Made by a program: the position numbers and the translations under genes. A stretch of 64,000 nt of DNA, taken from Candidatus Acidiferrum sp. (lineage in GTDB: Bacteria; Acidobacteriota; Terriglobia; Acidiferrales; UBA7541). Each line of letters begins with the position of its first letter. Within the stretch, counting starts at the first letter, position 1. This document shows, piece after piece, positions 46,551-56,175 of this stretch. The DNA is taken from the NCBI GenBank assembly GCA_035623215.1, contig DASPTW010000042.1, forward strand, positions 31,717 to 95,716. Direction: 5' to 3'. The notes below the pieces were generated by a model. It made no database searches, had not been told where the DNA came from, and worked only from the letters and a program-made list of their open reading frames with translations.

Positions 46551-47399
46551 GTGCAGCCGATCATCGACATCCACATCCACATCATGCCCTACAGCATGGT
46601 CAAGCCTTCGGCACTGGAGTTGATCACAAAAGGGCGCAAAGACTACGCGGATGTCGAGCGCTATTGTAGCGATCCCAAAGCGTTTCTCGCGTTTCTGGAC
46701 AGCCTGGGAATCGAGCGCGCCGGGTTGATCAATTATGTCGCGCCAAAAATTATCGGCTTCACACCAGAAGTTAACGACTGGAGCGCGAAGTATTGCAGCG
46801 CGGCGCCGGATCGATTGATTGCATTCGGTGGAGTTTTACCGGGGACAGTGCCCGATCCCGGCGCGGAAGTGGATCGGCTCGCCAAGCTTGGCATCCGTGC
46901 CATCAAGATGCATCCGTCGCACCAAGTGCTGTCACCCAACGACTACATGGACGGCAACCGCGGACTTGCGGCGGTCTACGAACGCGCGCAGGCCAACGGC
47001 TTGCCCATCATGATTCACACCGGCACTTCCATTTTTCCGGGGGCACGAAATCTGCATGCTCAGCCGATGCTTTGCGACGATATCTCGGTTGATTATCCAA
47101 ATCTCGTGGTTATTCTCGCGCACGGTGGCAGGCCCCTTTGGATGAATGAGGCTTTTTTCCTGGTGCGCCGCCACAAAAATATGTACATGGATATTTCGGG
47201 CATCCCTCCGCAGAAACTAATGGAATACTTCCCGCGCATCGAAGATATCGCCGACAAAGTTCTTTGGGGCACAGACTGGCCGGGACCAGGCGTGCCGGAA
47301 ATCAAGGGGAATATCGACAGATTCAATGCTTTGCCCATTGGAGCGGCCGCCAAGAAAAAGATTCTTTACGATAATGCGGCTCGGCTTTTTCCTAAATGA
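46551..47399 (+). CDS. amidohydrolase_2 family metalloprotein
   Basis: IDIHIH, KMHP, IHTG, LAHGG, GTDWP. Confidence 0.88.
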   Translation: MQPIIDIHIHIMPYSMVKPSALELITKGRKDYADVERYCSDPKAFLAFLDSLGIERAGLINYVAPKIIGFTPEVNDWSAKYCSAAPDRLIAFGGVLPGTVPDPGAEVDRLAKLGIRAIKMHPSHQVLSPNDYMDGNRGLAAVYERAQANGLPIMIHTGTSIFPGARNLHAQPMLCDDISVDYPNLVVILAHGGRPLWMNEAFFLVRRHKNMYMDISGIPPQKLMEYFPRIEDIADKVLWGTDWPGPGVPEIKGNIDRFNALPIGAAAKKKILYDNAARLFPK

Positions 47400-47481
47400 G
47401 AGCTGCTTCAAGCGGGCGCTTCGCTTTTTGAGCAATTTGTAGAGTCAAATTGCAGGGAGTTTCTGGAGAACCAGGGGACCC

Positions 47482-48783
47482 ATGCAAATCTTCGACGCGT
47501 CGATCGAAAAAACGCCTCGCGAAATGTTGCGCGTGCTGCAGTTTCAGAAGCTGCAGGAATTGCTTCATCTCGTGCATGGCGCCAACCGGTTCTACACGCG
47601 AAAGTGGCGCAAAACGGGCATCTCGCTTGGCGAAATCAAGTCGCTTTCCGACGTTCGCAAACTTCCCTTCACTACAAAATCCGAACTGATGCAAGCCCAA
47701 GAAGAAGCGCCGCCGTTCGGAACGAACGCAACGTTTGCGGAAAAGGCATACACGCGCGTTCATCAAACTTCTGGAACTACCGGCACGCCACTGCGTGTGG
47801 TGGATACGCCGGAGAGCTGGGACTGGTGGGGCAAATGCTGGGGCCACGTATTGCGAGGCGGGGAGGTCACTGCCAACGATCGTTTGTTCCTTCCGTTTTC
47901 GTTCGGACCGTTCATCGGCTTCTGGGCCGCGGTCGAAGGAGCGAAGCAACTTGGCGCGATGATGATTCCCGGCGGCGGGTGGGATTCCATGCAGCGGTTG
48001 CACATGATGCGTGATCTGGGCGCAACCGTGATTTGCTGCACGCCGACGTACGCGCTTCGCTTGGCGGAAATCGCCCGCGAGCAGCGTTTTGATTTGCGCT
48101 CCATTCCGGTTCGCGCGCTGGTTCATGCGGGAGAGCCAGGCGCAAACGTTGCTCGCACCAAGACCCGCATTGAAGCAGCTTGGTCGGCAAAATGCTTCGA
48201 TCACGCCGGCGCTTCGGAAGTCGGCGCGCACAGCTTCGAATGCGAACTTCAGCCCGGCGGAATTCACCTCATCGAAAGCGAATTCATCGCCGAAGTGATT
48301 GATGTAAATACCGGTGAAGAAGTACCCGCGGGCGAAACCGGCGAATTGGTGATCACGAATCTAGGCCGGCCGGGGTTCCCCGTCATTCGCTACCGCACTG
48401 GCGATCTGGTACGGTTGAATCTCGCTCCGTGCGCTTGCGGGCGCAGCTTCGCGCGCTTCGATGGCGGGATTCTCGGCCGAAGCGATGACATGGTGACGAT
48501 TCGCGGCGTGAACGTTTATCCTACGGCGATTGAAAATGTCATCCGCCAATTTAACGCTGTCGACGAATTTCAAATCACCGTGAAGAAGCTGCAGGAAATG
48601 CACCACCTTGAAGTGGAAATTGAAGTTGTTTCGGGCCATGACGCCGAGGGCGTGCGCACGCACGTGGAGCAGGCTCTCTACCGCGCGTTATCGCTGCGCC
48701 CCACCGTTCTTCTCGCAGAACCCGGAGCACTCGCGCGTTTTGAGATGAAAGCTCGCCGATTTCGGCGGTTGGGACCGAGCTAG
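47482..48783 (+). CDS. phenylacetate-CoA-ligase-family (PaaK-like) acyl-CoA ligase
   Basis: LPFTTKSEL, TSGTTG, TPTYAL, AGEPG, RYRTGD, GRSDDM..IRGVNVYP. Confidence 0.88.
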   Translation: MQIFDASIEKTPREMLRVLQFQKLQELLHLVHGANRFYTRKWRKTGISLGEIKSLSDVRKLPFTTKSELMQAQEEAPPFGTNATFAEKAYTRVHQTSGTTGTPLRVVDTPESWDWWGKCWGHVLRGGEVTANDRLFLPFSFGPFIGFWAAVEGAKQLGAMMIPGGGWDSMQRLHMMRDLGATVICCTPTYALRLAEIAREQRFDLRSIPVRALVHAGEPGANVARTKTRIEAAWSAKCFDHAGASEVGAHSFECELQPGGIHLIESEFIAEVIDVNTGEEVPAGETGELVITNLGRPGFPVIRYRTGDLVRLNLAPCACGRSFARFDGGILGRSDDMVTIRGVNVYPTAIENVIRQFNAVDEFQITVKKLQEMHHLEVEIEVVSGHDAEGVRTHVEQALYRALSLRPTVLLAEPGALARFEMKARRFRRLGPS

Positions 48784-48870
48784 TTCCTCTCCTTGACGTG
48801 GCTGTCCGCACACTGCAGAGCTTGAAAATCGCGGGCGATTGGCACAGGCTGCCTTTTCATCAGCAGATTC

Positions 48871-48916
48871 TGAACGTGTGTTCGTTTTATGAACTTGTGT
48901 TCAGATTTCCTTGACA
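48871..48916. promoter_or_regulatory. tandem TGAAC-N4-GTTCR palindromes (putative TetR operator) followed by TTGACA
   Basis: TGAACGTGTGTTCG 48871-48884; TGAACTTGTGTTCA 48890-48903; TTGACA 48911-48916. Confidence 0.65.
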
Positions 48917-48992
48917 ATCAACCACGAAAGAGAGAAACTGTGCAGGCGGAGCACTCCCGGAAATCACTGGCTCCCGATCGTGGAGAACGAGC

Positions 48993-49706
48993 TTGCAAGG
49001 CGTTCCTTCCAAGAATCCGCGCAATGGACGTTTGCGACGCCGCTTCCTTGCCCGGCGCCTCGAAATTCTTCGCGCTGCAGGCAGGGAATTTCGCGTCCGC
49101 GGCTTTGCCGAGACCGGCATGCGCGACATTGCAGACGCCGCTTCTCTTTCCCCCGCGAACCTCTACAACTACTTCCGGGGCAAACACGAAATCCTTTTCT
49201 TCTGCCAGGACAGCTCGCTCGATCGCATGATTGCTGCCTTGGAAAAGGCTCGGCACTTGAAAACCAGCGCCGCTGCCAAATTGCGTCTCGTCATCGTGTC
49301 GCACTTGCGTTGCCTGCTCGATGAAGTCGAAGGCTCCGCCGCACACCTCCTAACGAATGCGCTGCCGCCTCGTCAGCAGCGGTATCTGGTTGCGAAACGC
49401 GATCGCTACGAGCTTGGCGTGCGCAACCTTGTCGCCGCTGGAATGCGCAGCGGGGAATTCGTCTCGGGCGACGCCGCCCTTGCAGCACGCGCCATGCTGG
49501 GCGCCTTAAATTGGAGCGTGCAGTGGTTTAGTCCCGAAGGACCGTTGAGCGCAGCAGAAATTGCGGAAGGCTTGGCGGACTATTTGATCCGCGGCTTGTT
49601 GGCGAAGCCAGATTCTCTGCAACGTATCGTCGCCGAGAGAGCAAGAATCAGCCAAATGCAAAATCAGGCAGAACAGCAGGCACGAAAGAAATTTGCGGTT
49701 GGGTAG
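48993..49706 (+). CDS. TetR/AcrR family regulator
   Basis: ILRAAGREF..RGF.ETGMRDIA…ANLYNYFRGK; C-terminal LGALNW..WF. Confidence 0.92.
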   Translation: MQGVPSKNPRNGRLRRRFLARRLEILRAAGREFRVRGFAETGMRDIADAASLSPANLYNYFRGKHEILFFCQDSSLDRMIAALEKARHLKTSAAAKLRLVIVSHLRCLLDEVEGSAAHLLTNALPPRQQRYLVAKRDRYELGVRNLVAAGMRSGEFVSGDAALAARAMLGALNWSVQWFSPEGPLSAAEIAEGLADYLIRGLLAKPDSLQRIVAERARISQMQNQAEQQARKKFAVG

Positions 49707-49727
49707 AACGCCCGAAAGGTAAAGAAA

Positions 49728-50252
49728 GTGGCCACACTCCCGGTTGAATCGCAGAAAACGGCGCAAATGCGTTTCACGTTGAATGGCGAACAGGTGGATG
49801 TTTCCTTCGCGCCTTACAAGACGCTCCTCGAAGTTCTACGGGAAGACCTCGGTCACACCGGAACAAAACATGGCTGCGAACTCGGCGAATGCGGCGCTTG
49901 CGCCGTTCTATTGGATGGCAAGCCGGTACTTTCGTGCCTGGTTTTGGCGCTGGAATGTGAAGGGCGGCAGGTCCTCACGGTCGAGGGGCTTTGCGAAGAT
50001 GGAAGGCTTCATCCCCTGCAAGACACTTTTGCCGACCTCGGCGCGGCGCAATGCGGCTACTGCACCCCGGGAATCCTTGTCACGGCAAAAGCACTGTTAG
50101 ACGCGAACCCGCAGCCGAATCGCGATCAAATTCGCGAAGCGCTCTCGGGAAATCTCTGCCGATGTACGGGCTATTTGCAGATTTTCGAAGCCGTCGAAGC
50201 CGCGATAGTAAAAATCGCGAGCGAAACGAACCAAAGTGGAGCGGCCAAGTGA
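49728..50252 (+). CDS. hcrC: 2x[2Fe-2S] small subunit, 4-hydroxybenzoyl-CoA reductase gamma-like
   Basis: GTKHGCELGECGAC…SC; QCGYCTPG…NLCRCTGY. Confidence 0.75.
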   Translation: MATLPVESQKTAQMRFTLNGEQVDVSFAPYKTLLEVLREDLGHTGTKHGCELGECGACAVLLDGKPVLSCLVLALECEGRQVLTVEGLCEDGRLHPLQDTFADLGAAQCGYCTPGILVTAKALLDANPQPNRDQIREALSGNLCRCTGYLQIFEAVEAAIVKIASETNQSGAAK

Positions 50253-50258
50253 GGCAGC

Positions 50259-52772
50259 ATGTCTAACCCAAAGGAATTTCCGCAGCAACCAACAGCAGCT
50301 TCTTCCGTCGATGGCGAAAACCTCCGCGTCATCGGGGTTCCGCGCCGCCGCGTCGATGCTCGCGCAAAAGTGACCGGCCAAACCCGCTTTGCCGACGACA
50401 TTTTTCTGCCTCGCATGACCTATTGCAAATTGCTGCGCTCGCCGCATCCGCACGCCCACGTTCGAAAGATCGATTTTTCACGCGCCCTCGCGCATCCGGG
50501 TGTCTATCTCGTCCTCACAGGCAAAGATCTCCCCATCCAGTATGGAATCCTTCCGGTGAGCCAGGATGAGCAGGCGTTGTGCGTCGATCACGTGCGCCAC
50601 GTCGGCGATCCGGTTGCCGCCGTGGTAGCACGCGAAGAGCTAACTGCATTTGAAGCGCTGGATCTGATCGATGTCGATTATGAAATCCTCCCCACGATCT
50701 CCGATCCGGAAGAAGCGCTCGCCACACGCGAGCCGCGCATCCACGACTACGGCGAAGAAGGAAACATCCACAAACTGGTGGCGCTCGAATTTGGAAATGT
50801 CGAAGAAGGTTTCTCCCAAGCAGATGAGATTTTCGAGGACACGTTTTTCTATCAAGGAAACACGCATCTGCCGATCGAACAGCACGCTTCCGTGGCCATC
50901 AAGGACCCCGATGGAAAACTTACGATCTGGTCCAGCACGCAAACGCCCCACTATCTGCACCGCGCGCTCGCCAAAGTGCTGGAAATGCCGACCGCGCACA
51001 TTCGTGTGATCGCCACGCCTAACGGCGGCGGCTTCGGCGGCAAAAGCGATCCTTTCAACCACGAAATTGTCGTGTCGAAAGCGGCGCTGCTGCTCGATCG
51101 CCCAGTGAAAATCTGCCTCACGCGCGAAGAAGTTTTCTACTGCCACCGCGGGCGCCATCCCGTGTTGATGAAATTCAAAACCGGCGTGAAAAAAGACGGC
51201 ACGATTACCGGAATGCATTTGCGGACGCTGATCGACGGTGGCGCGTACGGCTCGTATGGCGTCGCCAGCACGTTTTACGCGGGCGCGCTGCAAACGACGA
51301 CCTACCACATTCCCCGATATAAATACGAAGGCTGCCGCACATTCACGAACAAGCCGCCCTGCGGTCCCAAGCGCGGGCATGGCACTCCACAGCCGCGCTT
51401 CGGGCAGGAAGTGCAGCTCGACAAAATCGCCGAGAAGCTCCAAATCGATCCTGCCGATTTGCGTTTGCGAATCGCGGAATCCTCCAATACCGTCACCGCG
51501 AATTTCTTCCGCCTGGGCACTGTGAATCTTGCCGAGTGCATCCGGCGCATCGTCAAAGTTTCGAATTGGAAAGAGAAATTTCGCAGGCTGCCCGAAGGTT
51601 GCGGCGTGGGCTTCGCCTGCTCCGCGTATCTAACCGGCGCAGGTCTTCCCATTTACTGGAACAAGATGCCGCATTCCGGCGTACAACTGAAATTCGATCG
51701 CAGCGGCGGCGTCACGATTCTTTGCGGCGCGACGGAGATCGGCCAAGGTTCCGATGACGTTCTTGCCGGCATTGTGGCGGAGGTTCTCGGCATCGACACT
51801 TTCGACGTTCGCCTTTTCACGGGCGACACCGACCTCGGCCCCGTGGACTTGGGTTCGTACTCGAGCCGCGTCACCTTGATGGCCGGGAACGCGGCGTTGC
51901 AAGCCGCTGAGCGCGGCAAAGCGCTTCTCGCGGAAGCTGTCGCCATCAAACTGGAAATTCCCAAAGGAAGAATTCGCTTCGCGAATAAACGCGTTTTCGA
52001 TTCCGCTGCGCCGGAAAAGGGCGTCGCTTTCGCAGAAGCTGTTTGCTTGGCGGAAGCACGGTTCGGCACGATCGGAACGGTCGGCTCGTATACTCCGCCG
52101 AAATCGCCCGCTCTCTACAAAGGCGGCGGCGTCGGCCCATCTCCTACTTATTCCTATTCGGCCGCCGTCGTCGAAGTGGAAGTCAACTCCGCCACGGGTT
52201 GGGTCACCGTGCCAAGAGTCTGGATTGCGCACGACATCGGCCGTGCGCTGAATCCCACGCTGGTGCGCGGGCAAGTAGAAGGCGGCGTGTACATGGGCCT
52301 GGGCGAAGCGCTGATGGAAGAGCAGAAATTTCGCCGGCTGCCGAAGCGGCTCTCGCACGCGCTGGTGCACAAGTTTCCGTCGATCCTCGAATACAAAAGC
52401 CCCACGTCGCTCGATATGCCCGAAGTTGTTACCGAATTAATTGAGGAGCCAGATCCCCGCGGCCCGTTTGGCGCGAAAGAAGTTGGCCAGGGCCCGCTGC
52501 TTCCCATCATGCCTGCGGTGGCAAACGCGGTTTACGACGCCGTCGGCGTTCGAATCGACGAAGTTCCCATCACACCCGAAAAAATCCTGAAAGCGCTCGC
52601 CGAAAAGAAGGCTGAGCGTGAACCGCGTTTTGGCCCTGACCATTTCCCGCATGTGAATTGGCCGGAAGCGCTGCGTGTTCCTCCGCCCTGGGAAGGCGGC
52701 GATGGCAACGCCATCAACGAAGTTCACCATGGCAAACCCCAAATGCAAAAAGAAAAGGTGCTCACGCCATGA
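50259..52772 (+). CDS. hcrA: xanthine-oxidase-family molybdopterin subunit, 4-hydroxybenzoyl-CoA reductase alpha-like
   Basis: STQTPHY, GGGFGGK, HRGRHP, KRGHG, DIGQG-like TEIGQGS, YSSRVT, AHDIGRALNP..GQVEGG, GAKEVGQG. Confidence 0.72.
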   Translation: MSNPKEFPQQPTAASSVDGENLRVIGVPRRRVDARAKVTGQTRFADDIFLPRMTYCKLLRSPHPHAHVRKIDFSRALAHPGVYLVLTGKDLPIQYGILPVSQDEQALCVDHVRHVGDPVAAVVAREELTAFEALDLIDVDYEILPTISDPEEALATREPRIHDYGEEGNIHKLVALEFGNVEEGFSQADEIFEDTFFYQGNTHLPIEQHASVAIKDPDGKLTIWSSTQTPHYLHRALAKVLEMPTAHIRVIATPNGGGFGGKSDPFNHEIVVSKAALLLDRPVKICLTREEVFYCHRGRHPVLMKFKTGVKKDGTITGMHLRTLIDGGAYGSYGVASTFYAGALQTTTYHIPRYKYEGCRTFTNKPPCGPKRGHGTPQPRFGQEVQLDKIAEKLQIDPADLRLRIAESSNTVTANFFRLGTVNLAECIRRIVKVSNWKEKFRRLPEGCGVGFACSAYLTGAGLPIYWNKMPHSGVQLKFDRSGGVTILCGATEIGQGSDDVLAGIVAEVLGIDTFDVRLFTGDTDLGPVDLGSYSSRVTLMAGNAALQAAERGKALLAEAVAIKLEIPKGRIRFANKRVFDSAAPEKGVAFAEAVCLAEARFGTIGTVGSYTPPKSPALYKGGGVGPSPTYSYSAAVVEVEVNSATGWVTVPRVWIAHDIGRALNPTLVRGQVEGGVYMGLGEALMEEQKFRRLPKRLSHALVHKFPSILEYKSPTSLDMPEVVTELIEEPDPRGPFGAKEVGQGPLLPIMPAVANAVYDAVGVRIDEVPITPEKILKALAEKKAEREPRFGPDHFPHVNWPEALRVPPPWEGGDGNAINEVHHGKPQMQKEKVLTP

Positions 52773-53800
52773 TGCGCCTGCCCCTTTTCGAATTTCGCGT
52801 GCCTGCATCGGTAGAAGAGGCCGCGCGCATCCTCGATGGCGAAGGCGGCAACGCGATGCCGCTCGCCGGCGGCACCGATTTGCTGCCCAACATGAAGCGC
52901 CGCCAGCAAATTCCGAAAACGCTGATGAGTCTTCGGCACATCGCGCAACTGCATCAGTTGCAATTGAGCGATTCCGGCTCGCGCCTCGGCGCCTGCCTCA
53001 CCCTTTCTGAAATTGCAGCAGATGCGCGCTTCCGCAACGGATTCACCGCTCTCGCGCAAGCCGCCTCCTTCGTTGCCACGCCGCAAATCCGCAACGTCGC
53101 GACGCTTGGCGGGAATCTCTGCCTCGACACGCGCTGCAACTATTACGATCAAAACTACGAGTGGCGAAAATCCATCGGCTTTTGCTTGAAGAAGGACGGC
53201 GACACCTGCTGGGTCGCGCCGGGCAGCTCGAAATGCATGGCCGTTTCCTCCACCGACACGGCTCCCGCGCTTATGGCCCTTGGCGCGCGCGTCCGGCTAG
53301 TCTCGCATGGCGGCGAGCGCGAAGTGCCACTCGCCGAGCTCTATCAAAATGACGGCATCCATTACAGCAAGCGCCGGCCCGATGAGTTGCTCACGGAAGT
53401 TTTGCTCGATTCCTCGCACGGCTGGAGGAGCGCGTACTGGAAGCTGCGGCGGCGTGGCTCGTTTGATTTTCCGGTGTTGTCCGTTGCGGCAGCAGCGCGA
53501 TTTTCCAAGAGCGGCACGGTGGAAGAAGCTCGAATCGTTGTTGGCTCTGCAGCTTGTCTCCCGCTGCTGGCAACCGAAGCCTCGAAATTCCTGGTTGGCC
53601 GCGCTTTGAATCACGAGACGATCGCCGAGGCTGCTTCACTCGCTTCGCGTATCGCCAAGCCGCTTGATAACACCGACTTCGACATGACCTGGCGCAAGCG
53701 CGTCACCGCGGAATTTGTCACGAACGCCTTGCGCGAACTCCGCGGCGATGACATGAGCGGCCATCGGCTGCTTTTAACTCGCCACTCGTCGAGTGTTTGA
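52769..53800 (+). CDS. hcrB: FAD subunit with [4Fe-4S] insert, 4-hydroxybenzoyl-CoA reductase beta-like
   Basis: AGGTDLLPNMK, RNVATLGGN, insert CLDTRC.YY.Q..EWR…CLKKDGDTC…KC, KLRRRGSFDFP; ATGA overlap with hcrA. Confidence 0.78.
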   Translation: MMRLPLFEFRVPASVEEAARILDGEGGNAMPLAGGTDLLPNMKRRQQIPKTLMSLRHIAQLHQLQLSDSGSRLGACLTLSEIAADARFRNGFTALAQAASFVATPQIRNVATLGGNLCLDTRCNYYDQNYEWRKSIGFCLKKDGDTCWVAPGSSKCMAVSSTDTAPALMALGARVRLVSHGGEREVPLAELYQNDGIHYSKRRPDELLTEVLLDSSHGWRSAYWKLRRRGSFDFPVLSVAAAARFSKSGTVEEARIVVGSAACLPLLATEASKFLVGRALNHETIAEAASLASRIAKPLDNTDFDMTWRKRVTAEFVTNALRELRGDDMSGHRLLLTRHSSSV

Positions 53801-53838
53801 TTTTTTTGCCGCGTCTTAGCCCTTACGCGAAGTGTCAT

Positions 53839-55083
53839 TCACTTCGTGTTTTCGACCAGCAGCGCGATGCCCTGCCCTCCGCCAATGCAAGCGGAAGCAA
53901 TGCCGTAGCGCAATTTGGAGCGCCGCAGTTCGCGTGAAAGCGTGACCGCCAAGCGAATGCCGGTTGCCGCCAGCGGATGGCCGATCGCAATCGCTCCACC
54001 GTTCACGTTCAATTTACTTGTGTCGATTTCCATCTCGCGCACGACTGCCAGGGTCTGTGCCCCGAACGCTTCGTTGATCTCAATGCGGTCGATTTGCCCG
54101 AGCGTGAGGCCCACGCCATCCAGCAGCCGCCGGATTGCCGGCGCCGGCCCCATTGCCATTGTTTCAGGAGGCACTCCGACCGTCGCAACTGCCGCGATTC
54201 GCGCAAGGGGCTCAATGCTCTTTGATTTCGCATACACTCCAGAGCTGACCAGCGCTGCCGCCGCGCCGTCTACGATGGCAGAGCTGTTTCCTCCCGTTTG
54301 CACGCCACCGAATGCCGGCCGAATCTTCGACAGGGTCTCGTAGGTTGACGAACGAATGTGAGTATCTGCGGTAAGTTGCTCGACCTCTCGGGGAAGCTGA
54401 ATTCCGCGCGGCTTGTAGCCGGCGCGCTCGAATTTCTCGCTGACCAACGGAACGATTTCGCCGGAGAGAAAGCAGCTTTTTTGTGCGGCCAAGGCACGCG
54501 AAAAACTCATCTCTGCGAAGCGGTCCACGTCTTCACGCGTAATCTTGTACACCTTGGCCACGGCCTCGGCGGTTTCACCCATGGTGACGCCCGGAGCCGT
54601 ATCGAGCAGCGCCTCCCAGAGAAAATCCTTGAACTCGACTTGCCCCATGCGAAAACCATTGCGGTGCGTGAACGCGGCGACGGGATTGCGGCTCATCGAT
54701 TCCGTCCCGACGCACAGCCCGAGCTCAATTTTTTTCAGCGTGATGGCGTCCGCCGCTTGGCTGATTGCTTCGATTCCCGTGCCGCACACGCGCTGCACCA
54801 GCAATGCCGGCCGGTCGATTGGAACATTCGCATACAAGCCAATGTGTCGCGGCAGCACATACGCATCAAAGCTGGCTTGCGCCACGCTTCCAGCAATGAC
54901 CGCGCCCACATCGGACGGGGAAATTGTGGCGCGCTCTAAGACTGCGCGCGCCACTTTGATTCCCAAATCGATAGGTGACACTAGTCCCAGGATGCCATTG
55001 TAGTCCGCGAACGGAGTGCGCACGCCATCCAGCAGCCAGATGTCGTTGTAGGCGATGAACTGTCCTTCGGAATTTGCCGTCAT
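53839..55083 (-). CDS. thiolase (acetyl-CoA C-acyltransferase)
   Basis: QRVCGTG, NEAF, NGGAIAIGHPL, ACIGGGQG. Confidence 0.93.
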   Translation of the reverse strand: MTANSEGQFIAYNDIWLLDGVRTPFADYNGILGLVSPIDLGIKVARAVLERATISPSDVGAVIAGSVAQASFDAYVLPRHIGLYANVPIDRPALLVQRVCGTGIEAISQAADAITLKKIELGLCVGTESMSRNPVAAFTHRNGFRMGQVEFKDFLWEALLDTAPGVTMGETAEAVAKVYKITREDVDRFAEMSFSRALAAQKSCFLSGEIVPLVSEKFERAGYKPRGIQLPREVEQLTADTHIRSSTYETLSKIRPAFGGVQTGGNSSAIVDGAAAALVSSGVYAKSKSIEPLARIAAVATVGVPPETMAMGPAPAIRRLLDGVGLTLGQIDRIEINEAFGAQTLAVVREMEIDTSKLNVNGGAIAIGHPLAATGIRLAVTLSRELRRSKLRYGIASACIGGGQGIALLVENTK

Positions 55084-55131
55084 ACCCTGCTTCCCTTCAA
55101 TTGTTCGGTCTGATCAGTTTAACCGGAACGC

Positions 55132-56166
55132 TCAATGCGAGCGAGGAATCTCTGCGAACACCCTCTTCAAATATTTCATGTCTGTTGAAAATGGCACGTC
55201 TCCGACTGTGGTGATGACAGCAGGTTTGGTCCGGGTTACGACTTCGCGAAAGTTTAAAATGCGCTCCTCCTTGCCGGGATGGTCCGGAAGAAAAAACTCC
55301 AGAGGCAACGTAACGCCATATGGACCATACGGAACGGATTGAGTTCCGAGCAGGCCCGCGAAAGAAGAAGACGATGCGACGGAATCCGGTACGCAAAGCA
55401 CCGATTCCCAATGTTGCCGCCAAATGGTCTCCCAGCTTTCGAGTGCGTTAGCCCCACCTTCGAGCTGAAGCACGGGTAAAGCCTCATAAAAGCGCGTGAC
55501 GTTGATAGTCGGCGACAGCAGGCTCATCCATTCCTCGCAAATCTTCGCCGTGAGTCCAACGGAAATCCGTTCATGGATAAAGATGGCGTCGGCCCCGGCC
55601 TCCAAGAAAGTTGTCGCCACTTGCGTTGCCACCGAACTCGCAAATTCAAGCGCTTGGGCGGGCAAATCCTCAAGGCTTTTGTCCTGGCATTTGTATGTTT
55701 GTGTCAGCAAACCTGCCAACGCCACCGGCCCGCTGACGCTTGCCATCAGGAGAAAATCGCGATTGGGAAGCGCGTTCAGTCTGCGAATCACTTCAACTGC
55801 CACCGGAATTCGTCCGTTCTTTGACGCCTCTTCGGGTGAATGGAGCCCCGGTGGAAGTTCACCAGCTTTTGCTGTGCTCTTCCACTCGACTCGCGGCGGC
55901 TCGTCGTCTGACGTCCGTTGCAATGTTGCACCTAGGGCTTCGACTTCCAGAAACGCGTCGAAGTAGCACGCAACGCCATCCGCTTGCAGATGGCTTCTCA
56001 TTTGCCGTGAAGCGTTCACAATCTTCGTCGGATTATTCAGAAATCCGCTTAGCGGGATATTTTCCACTTTCGCGCCAAGCGCAAAAACAATTGGCAACAA
56101 CAGCGGGCGAGGCGGCGGCTCCCCATTCAGCAAATTCCTGGCTATCTGTCGTGCGGTGAGATTCAC
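55132..56166 (-). CDS. URO-D/MetE-fold protein in the position of acetophenone carboxylase epsilon (ApcE-like)
   Basis: EVEALGA, GRIPVAVEVIRRL, SGPVALA, AGADAIFI.E; fifth gene of the operon. Confidence 0.65.
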   Translation of the reverse strand: MNLTARQIARNLLNGEPPPRPLLLPIVFALGAKVENIPLSGFLNNPTKIVNASRQMRSHLQADGVACYFDAFLEVEALGATLQRTSDDEPPRVEWKSTAKAGELPPGLHSPEEASKNGRIPVAVEVIRRLNALPNRDFLLMASVSGPVALAGLLTQTYKCQDKSLEDLPAQALEFASSVATQVATTFLEAGADAIFIHERISVGLTAKICEEWMSLLSPTINVTRFYEALPVLQLEGGANALESWETIWRQHWESVLCVPDSVASSSSFAGLLGTQSVPYGPYGVTLPLEFFLPDHPGKEERILNFREVVTRTKPAVITTVGDVPFSTDMKYLKRVFAEIPRSH

Positions 56167-56175
56167 TTCGATCCG

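Noticed and set aside
48871-48903. Gram-positive-type LexA (GAAC-N4-GTTC) boxes
   Set aside because: The downstream genes are a TetR and catabolic enzymes, not SOS genes; a TetR operator is more parsimonious
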